Source of the DNA: Opitutales bacterium
Lineage (GTDB): Bacteria > Verrucomicrobiota > Verrucomicrobiia > Opitutales > PNEW01
Assembly (NCBI GenBank): GCA_965197745.1
Contig: CBDANS010000004.1
Coordinates: forward strand, 96,001 to 160,000
Length of the DNA stretch: 64,000 nt
Direction of reading: 5' to 3'
Numbering within the stretch: position 1 is the stretch's first letter; each line of letters opens with the position of its first letter. The notes below the pieces were generated by a model. It searched no databases. It was not told where the DNA came from and saw nothing but the letters and a program-made list of their open reading frames with translations. The position numbers were made by a program, and so were the translations under genes. Below, in pieces: positions 54,194 to 64,000 of the stretch.

Positions 54194-55072
54194 ATGCAGA
54201 TAACTCATCCCTACGAAAACTTAAATGACGGTTCCTGGCTTCGAGGAAATTTGCACACGCATACAACGAACAGTGACGGCAGATGCGATATGCAGGAGGT
54301 AATTAATACCTATTCTGACCACGGGTACCAGTTTCTCTCAATTACCGATCATGACATATTCACCGACTATCCAACCTATGAAAAAATCGACAATAAGGGC
54401 CTCGTGCTCATACCGGGAAATGAAATTACGAGGAATGGTCAGCATTTAGTTCACGTAAATGGTGACCGCCTGATTGAACCCAATGCCGACCGACAACGCG
54501 TGATCGACGATGTAAATTCCACTCAGGGTTTTATCGTCGTTGCCCATCCAAACCTGGATTATAATTTTAATTTTTGTCCACTTGAACTATTGCAGCAATG
54601 GACGGATTATGTGGGTATGGAAATTTTTAACGCGGTGGCGGGGATGTGCACTGGCAGCCCTTACGCAACAAACAAATGGGATATGCTCCTGTCTGAAGGA
54701 CGTCGCCTATGGGGTTTTGCCCATGATGATGCTCATTTCATGCCGGGAAATGTTGATGTCGGAGTTGGATGGAATGTTGTTTATGCTGATTCATCTAGCC
54801 CTGAAAACATTATAGAGTCTTTACGAAATGGACGCTTTTATTGTTCTACCGGTGTTGTCATTAAAACCATTCAAGTGGAAGGACCCGAAGTTTTCATAGA
54901 ATGTGAAAATGCGAGCAGAATCGTAGGAATAACCCTAAATGGGCAACGCATTGCCTGGAGTGACAGCGGTTCGATTAAAGTGGATGTATCCGATTTGACT
55001 CGTTATCTGCGTTTTGAGTGTTGGGGTGATGGAGAAAGAAACGCCTGGACCCAACCCTTTTTCCTTAAATGA
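54194..55072 (+). CDS. PHP-domain metallohydrolase (CehA/McbA-like)
   Basis: GNLHTHTTNSDG, ITDHD, AHP, DDAH. Confidence 0.88.
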   Translation: MQITHPYENLNDGSWLRGNLHTHTTNSDGRCDMQEVINTYSDHGYQFLSITDHDIFTDYPTYEKIDNKGLVLIPGNEITRNGQHLVHVNGDRLIEPNADRQRVIDDVNSTQGFIVVAHPNLDYNFNFCPLELLQQWTDYVGMEIFNAVAGMCTGSPYATNKWDMLLSEGRRLWGFAHDDAHFMPGNVDVGVGWNVVYADSSSPENIIESLRNGRFYCSTGVVIKTIQVEGPEVFIECENASRIVGITLNGQRIAWSDSGSIKVDVSDLTRYLRFECWGDGERNAWTQPFFLK

Positions 55073-55389
55073 TCAAAGTCCCGGCATTTATTTAGCGCAA
55101 AGATTATAAGATCCATTGAATGGTCGTTAAATAAGGGTATCTGTAATGTTTAAAGTGACTCAGGACAGGGTGCTTCCTACCACTACGACCGGTTCATATC
55201 CCAAACCGAACTGGTTTAACCAGTATTAAGTAATCCAAGGTTGCCACCTCGATCGATTATCGACAACAGCCCTCAACTTTAATTTAATAATGATTAGATT
55301 AAATAACTAACCAAACCGGTAAAGGATAATGCGCCAAAAGTGCAAATTCCTCTACACATCTTTGGAGTCACTCTAATCGGTATAACAAT

Positions 55390-57651
55390 ATGAAAAGAAA
55401 ACATATAAAAATATTTACGATTCTTATTCTCTTGCTCTGTTTACCGGCCAGTCTCTATGCCCTTCCTCAAGACCAGGAAGTATTTCTCGATTTTGAAGAT
55501 GCCGAAGGATCGGGTGATTTTACCCTTGGTGAACCACCGAATACCATCCAGTTTGTCGGCTTCACGGTAGAGACTTTAGAAGATCCCGCGCTATTACACT
55601 CAGGAACGAAAGCTATAACCCTTGGGCCCGGTCAGGAAGGGAAAATTATAAGCTTTCGCGGGATTAATACCTTGGAATTTTACGCGGCCGAATCAACGGG
55701 GGGCGGCAAAATCGAGATTAGAGGAGATAAAAACAGCGAGGGAGGACTTGCTGGTGGATTTCCTGAAGTTATAACCGTGATAGGAGATAATGGCGAAGTT
55801 GTTGGACTGCCGGCTAACATCAGCCCGGGAGCCAACCCTGTCTTGCAAAGCTTTCTCGCTGACAGCGGCAATTTTCTTGATGCTACGGACCTGGAATTCC
55901 TTGAAGGTATAAAAGAAGTAAGGATTCTCAATGTTACAGGAAAATTTTCCATTGATGATCTTGGCTACACGCCCACGGATAAACCTGTCAATAATACGGT
56001 CTATACCCGTTTTGAGTCGAGTGAAGGATTTGGGGTAGGTGATGGTGCACTGGAACCTATTACTATTGGGACTTCTCCTTATACCGCTACTTTTACCAGT
56101 ACTGGTGGTGTTGGAGGTAGAATTAGAGCTAGTGGCGGCGGCTTCGCAGTTCATTCTGGTAACCAATCTTTGATTGTCCAGACGTCAGGAGGGGAATTCA
56201 CCATCACTTTTGAAACGCCTGCTTATGAGGTGGATTTTTATGCAAATTGTGAACCTATATTGGGGCAGACAGGAGAAATCGATTGCACGATTGAAGTCTT
56301 CGATACTAATGATAACCTGCTCGTAACCGAAACAAATTTGGAGACGTCTGTTGAAGCGACATTTAAACCCTTTTTTTTTACCTTTAATGCAAATGAATTG
56401 GGAGCACCGGGAGGCATTGGGAAGATTGTTTATAGTGATGAAGAAGATGTTAACGCTGGTGTATTTACCCGTAATGGTATCGACGATTTCGGATTCACCC
56501 CGATCGGTGCCCCGGGAAGCGGAACGGGCGGACCGCCTCCTACGCAAGGCCCCACCATCACCACCCAGCCCGCGAGCCAGGAGGTACAGTCAGGTACAGC
56601 TGTCGTTCTATCGGTAGTGGCAAGCGGTGACGATCTCACCTACCAGTGGTATACCGGCAACAGCGGTGACACCGCAAGTCCCGTCGCCGGCGCTACCAGC
56701 GGCACGTTAGACACGGGCGCTCTCACCGCGAACACCAGCTTCTGGGTACAGATTACTAACGCCGGGGGTACCGCGAATAGTGAAACCGCGGTTGTCACCG
56801 TAGCGGCACCTTCCCTACCCCTCGTTCTTGAAGGCACGGGTGATATTGCCGGTGAAAACATTCAGCATGCCAACGGGAATGTCTTCGACCAGATTTTACT
56901 CACCGGAGAGTCCGTCCAACTCCAAGCCAAACCGGGACAGATCACCCGCGTCTCTTTCATGGACGAAAACGAGGACATTGTGCAGGTAGAGTTCTCCGGC
57001 AACGGTACCTTTACCGTATCCCTCGACCCGGCCACCTTCCTGCCGCCAGCCGTCCCCCCACGCTACAACCAGGCCGTTGAGTATGTGACGGGCAAGCCGA
57101 GCGTGGTCATCGATGGAGCGGACGCCAATACCTTCTTCAGCATTTTCACGGTGGGCAGGATCAACGCCTTTAACCAGGCACTGTTTCCCGAAGGACAGGT
57201 CTATGACGCCCAGGCCGACGTGGCCCTCGTGGAAGTAGTCAACTCCACGGGACTGGGAGGGGTACAGTTATCGAACACCGTGTTCAGTGGTAGCACCGGC
57301 AAGGTCGGCTTCGATGCGCGTGGAGTACCGATCGCGGTACGCTTAACAGTAGGTGACATCGATGCCAGTGGCGATGCAGTACCGCACCTCTTGTTCGGTG
57401 AAGGATCGTTCACAGTAGCAGCGGGCAACCCTGGTTTACGCATCACCGGTGGAGACCTAGAACAGACAAACGGTGCTTCGATCGTAGTGGCAGAGAGCGG
57501 ATCGACAACAACCGGGTTTGAGACCCTGATCTCTCAGAACAACTTCAAGTCCGACAACACCCCGCAACCAACTCAGAGTGTCGGTGCGACCTTCGCTAAC
57601 GAGGATGGGGATGAGATAACAGTGACAACCGAAGAAGTGACGATCGAATAA
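55390..57651 (+). CDS. Large secreted/surface protein: two repeated beta domains, Ig-like domain, conserved C-terminal domain
   Basis: Signal peptide; internal repeat HSG..IDD(L/F)G(Y/F)TP; PTITTQP..YQWY..FWVQITN Ig; C-terminal domain paralogous to 60810-61497. Confidence 0.85.
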   Translation: MKRKHIKIFTILILLLCLPASLYALPQDQEVFLDFEDAEGSGDFTLGEPPNTIQFVGFTVETLEDPALLHSGTKAITLGPGQEGKIISFRGINTLEFYAAESTGGGKIEIRGDKNSEGGLAGGFPEVITVIGDNGEVVGLPANISPGANPVLQSFLADSGNFLDATDLEFLEGIKEVRILNVTGKFSIDDLGYTPTDKPVNNTVYTRFESSEGFGVGDGALEPITIGTSPYTATFTSTGGVGGRIRASGGGFAVHSGNQSLIVQTSGGEFTITFETPAYEVDFYANCEPILGQTGEIDCTIEVFDTNDNLLVTETNLETSVEATFKPFFFTFNANELGAPGGIGKIVYSDEEDVNAGVFTRNGIDDFGFTPIGAPGSGTGGPPPTQGPTITTQPASQEVQSGTAVVLSVVASGDDLTYQWYTGNSGDTASPVAGATSGTLDTGALTANTSFWVQITNAGGTANSETAVVTVAAPSLPLVLEGTGDIAGENIQHANGNVFDQILLTGESVQLQAKPGQITRVSFMDENEDIVQVEFSGNGTFTVSLDPATFLPPAVPPRYNQAVEYVTGKPSVVIDGADANTFFSIFTVGRINAFNQALFPEGQVYDAQADVALVEVVNSTGLGGVQLSNTVFSGSTGKVGFDARGVPIAVRLTVGDIDASGDAVPHLLFGEGSFTVAAGNPGLRITGGDLEQTNGASIVVAESGSTTTGFETLISQNNFKSDNTPQPTQSVGATFANEDGDEITVTTEEVTIE

Positions 57652-57685
57652 TCCATTAAGGTTTATCGTATTCCCTCGCGGAAAA

Positions 57686-57773
57686 ATCACCTCCGCCGCA
57701 TACGGGCTAATCGATTTTCGATTGTGAAGGATGTGTATTTTTATACCCCCCCCGCCACCTAAATTATCAGGGG
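57686..57773. repeat. About 87-bp dispersed repeat, copy 2
   Basis: See 48511-48597. Confidence 0.8.
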
Positions 57774-57878
57774 AAAAGTAATTAATATTAGTCTGCGTTA
57801 TCCTTGGATATCGGCGAATCTATTGTAACTATCATTGTAACTTTGACTAAATCCTTAATCTATTAATTACATAAACAT

Positions 57879-58018
57879 TGAAAAGTGACATGAGGTTTGG
57901 TAACCGGTGACAGAGGTTTGGTAACTTTTGTAAAAAAAGTTACCCTTACCGAGCCCCATTATCGTCATTTCAGGGGAGTGTTTTACAGCTCTTGAAGGGG
58001 CCGTTTTCGACCGTTTCT
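57879..58018. mobile_element. Probable IS end remnant with tandem binding-site repeats
   Basis: TG end followed by TGACA(T)GAGGTTTGGTAAC twice at 22-bp spacing. Confidence 0.45.
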
Positions 58019-58342
58019 GGCTTTGTTGAAAAGCTCTGGTACAAATGAGAAAAAGAGTTAAATGGGGCAAGCATGAGCGAAGGAGGGCTTGTGCCATTGG
58101 TAAAAGTAGCAGTAGAGGTAGGTGAAGAGGTGATCGCACCCGACAGGCATAAATTTTCGCCGCAGCGCTGCACCCAGCCACAGTTGTCGGCCGTCTTGTG
58201 TTTGATGCGCTACGAGGATTGGACGTTGCGCGCGTCGGAGAGGCGGTTGAACGCACACAGTGAGTTGTCCCAGCCGTTGCGAGTGAAGCAGACGCCGGAT
58301 CACACCACGGGGTATCGCTTTTTTGAACGGGTTGAAGAGGCG
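58019..58342 (+). mobile_element. IS5-family remnant (left end plus transposase N-terminus) interrupted by IS3
   Basis: GGCTTTGTTGAA IR resembling IS903; TQPQLSAVLCLMRYEDWTLR..TPDHTT. Confidence 0.7.
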
Positions 58343-59660
58343 TGATCGGGTTACGTAAACTGGTCCACCGAGAGAGTTAGTCTGGAGAGGTTAATGTTGA
58401 AGTTAAGTTGGTAGAGGAAGTCAAGGCTTGGGCGCAATGAGGGCGTAGCCCGAATGGAGCCCAAGCCTTCGGTATTAATGTCTTCAGCGAAGCACCGTGG
58501 GGTGATATTGCCGAGGCTGCGGTGGGGTCGGACATTATTGTAAAGCCAGCGCCAGTCCTCGATCACCACGCGGGCTTCGGTCAAAGTCCATAGCTGTTCA
58601 CGGTTTAAACACTCCTCGCGAAAACGGGCATGCAACGATTCGATGTATCCGTTCTGCCAAGGGCTTCCTGGTTCGATATAGAGGGTTTTGATTTTCATCG
58701 CAGTTAGCCAGGCTCTCAATTCCTTTTCAATGAATGGCTTCGCATGTCGTCGCTTCGCTCCTCGGAACGGAACCGTTGTCACTGCGAATATATTGTGGCG
58801 GCCCATGACGGGCAAGCAGTTTTTGCATGATACCGCGCACCGTTTCCGCATTGATATGGCGATCAACATGGATCACTCGACACTCGCGGGTGTACTCATC
58901 GAGCACGGTCAACATTTTTAAACTGCCACCGCGGACCGTCTTATCGTGGATAAAATCCCAGGTCCAAACATGGCCGGGATGTTCGGCCTTGGTCGGCAGC
59001 CCGGTGGAAACACCCCTGCCCCGACGTCTTGGCTTGCGTTGGGGGATCGCCAAGCCCAGTTCGCGTCGTAGACCTTGCACGAGACGTTTACCCACCTCCC
59101 AGCCTTCGTCTTTCAACAGCTTCGTGATCTTCGGATAGCCCCACCTGGCATATTGCCGTGATAACCGCCTTACTGCCGCCTTCAGTTTCATTAACCAAGC
59201 ATCCGGATGCTTCGCCTTATACGCATAGGTGGAACGGTGCAGCCGAAAGTACCGGCACCCCGCTCGCATCGAACACTGGCCCCGAGCCACAAGTCTCTCT
59301 GCCACTTGCCGCTTGTGCCCAGGGCTTACAGTTTTTTTTCGAGGGTCTCCTGCAGGATCTCTATCCCCAGCATCTTGTCCGCCAGCATCCGTTTTAACCG
59401 CGCGTTCTCCTTCAAAGAGTTCCTTCATCCGCTTGGCCTGGTCGACATCAATCATCCCAAACTCACGCTTCCAGCGGTGGAAAGTCTGTTCGCTAATGTT
59501 GTTCTCGCGGCATGCTTCCAGGATCGTTTTCCCTTTGTCCGCCTGCCGCAGCATCCGTATTTTCTCTTCAGTTGTGTATCTTTTGCCTTTCATTGTCTGA
59601 GTCCTTTCTAGGTTACCCAGACTAACTTTTCAAGTGTACCAGTTTTCGTGGTCACGACCA
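58343..59660 (-). mobile_element. IS3-family element, variant B, copy 4 (carries core insert)
   Basis: Reverse complement of 42312-43629; identical ORF translations. Confidence 0.95.
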
Positions 59661-59739
59661 GTTCCTTTCCAGGGTGTAGGCCAGATTCAGTCGAGATCCC
59701 AGGTTGATGCCCTCGCCGTCGTCTCGAAAACACGCTGCA

Positions 59740-60255
59740 GCTTACGCGGTATTGCCGAAGCTCACTGGACGACGTGAAAGCTTTGCTGGAACTGCAACAA
59801 GAAGGGGAAGAGGTCCATGCGAAGCTGCAGGAGGAAGTCGAGGCACTGGAAAGGATTCTCTCTCGCATGGAAACCCGGACCCTCCTTTCGGGACCTCACG
59901 ATGAAACAACGCCATTGTGACCATTCATCCCGGTGCTGGAGGAACTGAAAGTCAAGATTGGGCCTCCATGCTGATGCGCATGTATCTCCGGTGGGCAGAA
60001 AGAAAGGGTTATCAGACTGAAGTTACCGATTTTCAGGCTGAGGATGAGGCAGGCATCAAATCGGTCACTTTCCTGGTAGAGAATGAATTTGCCTATGGGT
60101 ATCTCTTAGCCGAGATCGGGTGCACCGATTGGTTCGCATCTCTCCCTCTGACGCCGGTTCACGAAATCACACCTCTTTCGCTTCCGTCTTCGTAACATGG
60201 GAAGTCGACGACTCGGTGGATATTGATGTGGAGGGAAAGGATCTCCGGATCGAAA
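59740..60255 (+). pseudogene. prfB: Decayed peptide chain release factor 2 fragment
   Basis: [53 protein letters not shown] across at least two frameshifts; ends before GGQ. Confidence 0.88.
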
Positions 60256-60709
60256 ACCCCTTTGACTGAACAACCTGTTGATCCATTCGATGGCCGGTGC
60301 GAGCGCCCAAGGAGAGAACCGCGTTCAATCTCCTGTCAAGCGGGGCCTCATCTCCCATTCGGCTATAAAAGAGATTAAGACAACGGGCGAAATCCGCCGG
60401 AAACAGCCACTCCCTCGACCTACGGCAGAGCGCGCCTCCCCTCGACTCTACTGCTCATCGTGGCCCCTCATACATGTGTGTTTCATGGTATGTTGCCACG
60501 TTAAGGATTCGCACTAATGAGCAGTGGCAATTTTAGGGAATAATTCGTTTTAATTGCTCCTACACTAGAGGTGGTTTTTGCTATTACCAAATAGATGATG
60601 ACGCAGGTTAATTTATAGACAACATTACTGTTAGCGACGCCACTGAACTTATCGATTCAACAACAATCGATCTTGGCATATCTTCTTCAATGTACCTCAT
60701 GCATCAGGT

Positions 60710-61497
60710 ATGTTTGCACTACAAGTCAGAGGAATCGGATGGGAAACTTTTCCATTAGAATTCGGACCCACTCATATCGTGCAAGTGATCGAAGTTGAAG
60801 CTAATAATGAACTTATCGTAGGTGGTTCGGGTGATTTAGTCGGGGAGAACATTCAGCATCCCAATAGAAACGTCTTTGACCAGATCCTGCTCACTGGACC
60901 ATCCATCAAGCTCAAGGCGAAGCCAGGTCAGATCATGAGAGTGTCGTTTATGGATGAAGACGAGGATATTGTCTAGGTGGAGTTCCCAGGCAAAGGCACT
61001 TTTACTGTAACTTTAGATCCAGCGACTTACGTATCTCCGAGGTTACCCCCGCACTATAACCAGCAGGTTGGGTATGTAACAGGTAAACCCAGAGTGGTCA
61101 TTGACGGTGCAGACTCCAGCACTTTCTTCAGTATCTTCACGTTGGGAAGGATCAACGCGGTGAACCAGGCATTATTTCCTGAAGGTCAGGCTTATGATGC
61201 TGAAGCCGATGTTATCCTCGTGGAAGTGATCGACTCCACCCGGAATAGGGGGGGATGCAACTTTCAAATACGGTCTTCAGCGGAAGCTCAGGAAAGGTAG
61301 GTTTGGATGCGCGAGGAGTTCCGATCGCTGTGTGCTTAACGATAGAAGACATTGACGCCAGCGAAATGCGCATCCGCATTTATTATTTGGTACGGGTTCC
61401 TTCACTGTGCTTGTAGGCAATCCAGGGTTGCGCATCACCGGAGGAGACTTGAAGCAAACAAACAGGGCATCAATTGTAGTCGCGGAGTGCGGATCGA
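60710..61497 (+). pseudogene. Decayed paralog of the C-terminal domain of 55390..57651
   Basis: GENIQHPNRNVFDQILLTG..GRINAVNQALFPEGQ; TAG at 60974 and later frameshifts. Confidence 0.88.
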
Positions 61498-62055
61498 TGA
61501 ATACACGCGTCAATGTCTGGATATCAGAGTAGCTCGTCAACTCACCTCTAAGGACATCCGCACTGTTCTCAGCAAGACCATTGAAAAAGAGGGTGTTTCC
61601 AGCTATATCCGTAGTGACAACGGCAGTGAGTTCATTGCTCATCAAGTGCAGCAGTGGTTATCCAACAAAAAGATCAAGGCGATCTATAGCGATCCGGGCA
61701 GTCCCTGGCTACCGAGCGAAGCGACTCCTCAACGAGCGATAGCGAGAATAACAAACGGTTTCATCGAGTCATTTCACAACCGCTTACCCGATGAGTCTTT
61801 GAACCGTGAAGTGTTGCTCAGCGTGGCTGAAGCCCAATGGGTAATCGAACAATGGCGTCAGACCTACAATAATGAACATCCCTACAGTCATTTAGGCTTT
61901 AATAGCCCACAAGAGTTTGTCAGATTCCTTTCCGATCCTGGCGAAGTGAGGGCGTAGCCCGAACGTGGCCAGGATCTCTCCTATTCATCAACCCTAAAAC
62001 CATTAATCCCCGATACTCTTTAACTTAAACGTATACAAATAATGGAGCCCGATCA
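61492..62055 (+). mobile_element. 3' remnant of a different IS3-family element
   Basis: IDEYTRQC, IRSDNGSEF, NGFIESFH, YNNEHPYSHLG; right end ..GAGCCCGATCA. Confidence 0.88.
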
Positions 62056-62160
62056 GTGTTTTAATCAGTTGTTGCAGTTGATGTAAGTTTTCTATAGGAA
62101 CTTTTCAGATGTGGTATTCTTCTATCAAAAGAATCCAAATCATTGTTAAACAGCCCTATT

Positions 62161-63414
62161 TTAGAATTTAATATCAGTCTGCAGCCAGAACTTCTGCCGA
62201 TCTGCAAAACCATTTTCACCGTTAAAATAACTGTATTTCGCCAGTATTGACCAGTGCTTATTCATCTTTCTGGAGATGACAGCATCTATCTCATAGCCGT
62301 AGTCCTGACTACCTTCCTCAGCTGTGAACCAATGGCCAGTAATTTTAGCTGGCAGATCTTTCATTAAAGAAATTCCTGCCATCAAATAAATATCTTCCAG
62401 CCCTTGAGATGGGGTAGAGAGAAAAACATCACTCCATCCATTAAATTTATGCAAAGTGGCTAATGGGGTACGAAAACCCTGGTTGTTGTCGCTACCCAAA
62501 AGTTCGTAACCGGCACCCAATGTCAAACACTTATAGGTTGATGCGGTAACATGAAAATAATTGGCTTCGTAATTTGATGGATTATTGTTGGCATCTGTCT
62601 GATGTGCAAACTCGACATGCCATTTGAGGATCATTTCATTTTCGCTTTTGCGCGAACCTGAATACTGCATTCCATAGGTATTGCTTGAATTAGCTGCAGC
62701 ATTATTGAGATCCAGAAGATAGGCATAAAGGGTAAGTTTAGTGGATTTCTGGCCCTTGTAATCCATTTTGATCAAATGTGAACTGGATTTAAATTCCCGT
62801 TGCGCGGGTTGGGGAGCATCGTCTCCAAAAATACGATGCACCGTGTCGATATAACCATAATAAAAAATAAAATCGGGTATACTTTGATTTGTTACCGTGA
62901 CCGCATCATAGGTCTGTTCATTTTGACGGAATCCGACATTGCCGATAAAACGGGCATTATCCAAGATGATCCGTTGTCGACCAATTATTGTTGTCGTATC
63001 AAATCCTGTAATACTAACTTGAGCTCGATTTAATTCAGTTCCTTCAGGATCGGCAATTACCGTTCGGCCTGGTTGTGGGTAGGGATTAAAATTACCCTCC
63101 GATCCAATCACCCGAATATCCTCCATTTCTATCAAGGCAGAAATTCCGTTAAAACTACCAGTTTTAAAGCCCAACCGCGTACGTAACGTTACAGCGTTAG
63201 AATCATCACGGCCATCCTGATCGGCAGTTTCATAGCGCGGGCGGACATTTAGAATAATTTTGCTCTCCTTGAGCAAAGGGGGCATCTCTTTTTGTAAAAT
63301 TCGCCCTAATTCAAGTCCTTCTTGTCCCTCACAATAAAACACGAACAGGTTGAAAAGTCCGGTGGTAATTAAAAGCCTGTTAAGCCACATACATTTTAAT
63401 GCGATCAGTTTCAT
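62161..63414 (-). CDS. Outer-membrane beta-barrel, alginate-export-family-like
   Basis: RPRYE, LRTRLG, GRQRIILDNARFIGNVGFRQNEQTYDA, TPLATLHKFNGW, terminal Phe. Confidence 0.85.
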   Translation of the reverse strand: MKLIALKCMWLNRLLITTGLFNLFVFYCEGQEGLELGRILQKEMPPLLKESKIILNVRPRYETADQDGRDDSNAVTLRTRLGFKTGSFNGISALIEMEDIRVIGSEGNFNPYPQPGRTVIADPEGTELNRAQVSITGFDTTTIIGRQRIILDNARFIGNVGFRQNEQTYDAVTVTNQSIPDFIFYYGYIDTVHRIFGDDAPQPAQREFKSSSHLIKMDYKGQKSTKLTLYAYLLDLNNAAANSSNTYGMQYSGSRKSENEMILKWHVEFAHQTDANNNPSNYEANYFHVTASTYKCLTLGAGYELLGSDNNQGFRTPLATLHKFNGWSDVFLSTPSQGLEDIYLMAGISLMKDLPAKITGHWFTAEEGSQDYGYEIDAVISRKMNKHWSILAKYSYFNGENGFADRQKFWLQTDIKF

Positions 63415-63490
63415 TGAGGATCATATTCTTTAATAACGTTATTTTCTCAAAAATAGCGAAATACTGCTGTGCATGGTTTCATTTATATAT

Positions 63491-63945
63491 TGACCTGCCC
63501 CCGTTTACTGTACCAGAGCCAGTGTTAGATCCGGCAGGATGGTAAGAGTTTTGATTTGATTAGTCCAGAGAACTGTAATCTTTGGATATTATAATTGAGC
63601 CGCCAGGATTCAACTTTTTTTTATTCTTTAACTTCAGTCGATATGCAAAATATCTCGGTGTTAAGAAGTTCATGGTTGGACCCCGTTTTTCGTACCAATT
63701 TTTAAGTGAGAGAGTTACCGGGTGTGACCTGCTCCCGTTTACTGTACCAGAGCCAGTGTTAGTTCCGGCAGGGTGGTATGGGTTTAAATTTGCTTAGACA
63801 TGGCTCTGTGGGCGTATTCGGCCGGAGGCCGATAGCCCAGAGAACTGTGTGGTCTTTGAGTATTATAATCAAGCTGTAAAAGGCTTCAAGTTTTTCTTTC
63901 ACTTCAGCCGGTATACATAATATTTCGGTGTTAAGAAATTCATCT
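63491..63945 (-). mobile_element. Two tandem degenerate IS3 right-end fragments
   Basis: TGACCTGC(C/T)CCCGTTTACTGTACCAGAGCCAGTGTTAG at 63491 and 63725; minus strand reads DYNTQRPHSSLGYRPPAEYA. Confidence 0.8.
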
Positions 63946-64000
63946 CATAAGCGTCAATGGACGGCTAACAGCTCTGCCTACTGCATATTCAAGTAATATT

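Overview
Bacterial chromosome segment, probably Verrucomicrobiota/Opitutales (inferred from gene content, not proven). Positions 1-39240 are mostly core and catabolic genes (aroC, rnhB, dprA, nnr, nrdR, trpG/pabA, tgt, secA, recQ, an ECF sigma/anti-sigma triad, sugar and aromatic catabolism). They include a collapsed tRNA-Leu(CAG)-linked integrase island (4162-7145) and a DnaA-box cluster at the aroC/rnhB divergence. From about 39300 to the end lies a large accessory region opened by an intact tyrosine integrase. It holds IS3-family copies, nested IS remnants, a solo attC site, a MITE-like element, pseudogenes (methyltransferase, cyclase, oxidoreductase, sulfatase, prfB) and modular secreted proteins. 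Most notable: (i) three of four IS3 copies carry the same short GCGAAGC-hairpin insert in the DDE core, a near-identical fourth copy lacks it, and a related insert sits in a different IS3; (ii) all four copies share an extra base that moves the OrfA zipper out of frame; (iii) an Ig-like module and a conserved C-terminal domain are reused between unrelated secreted proteins.
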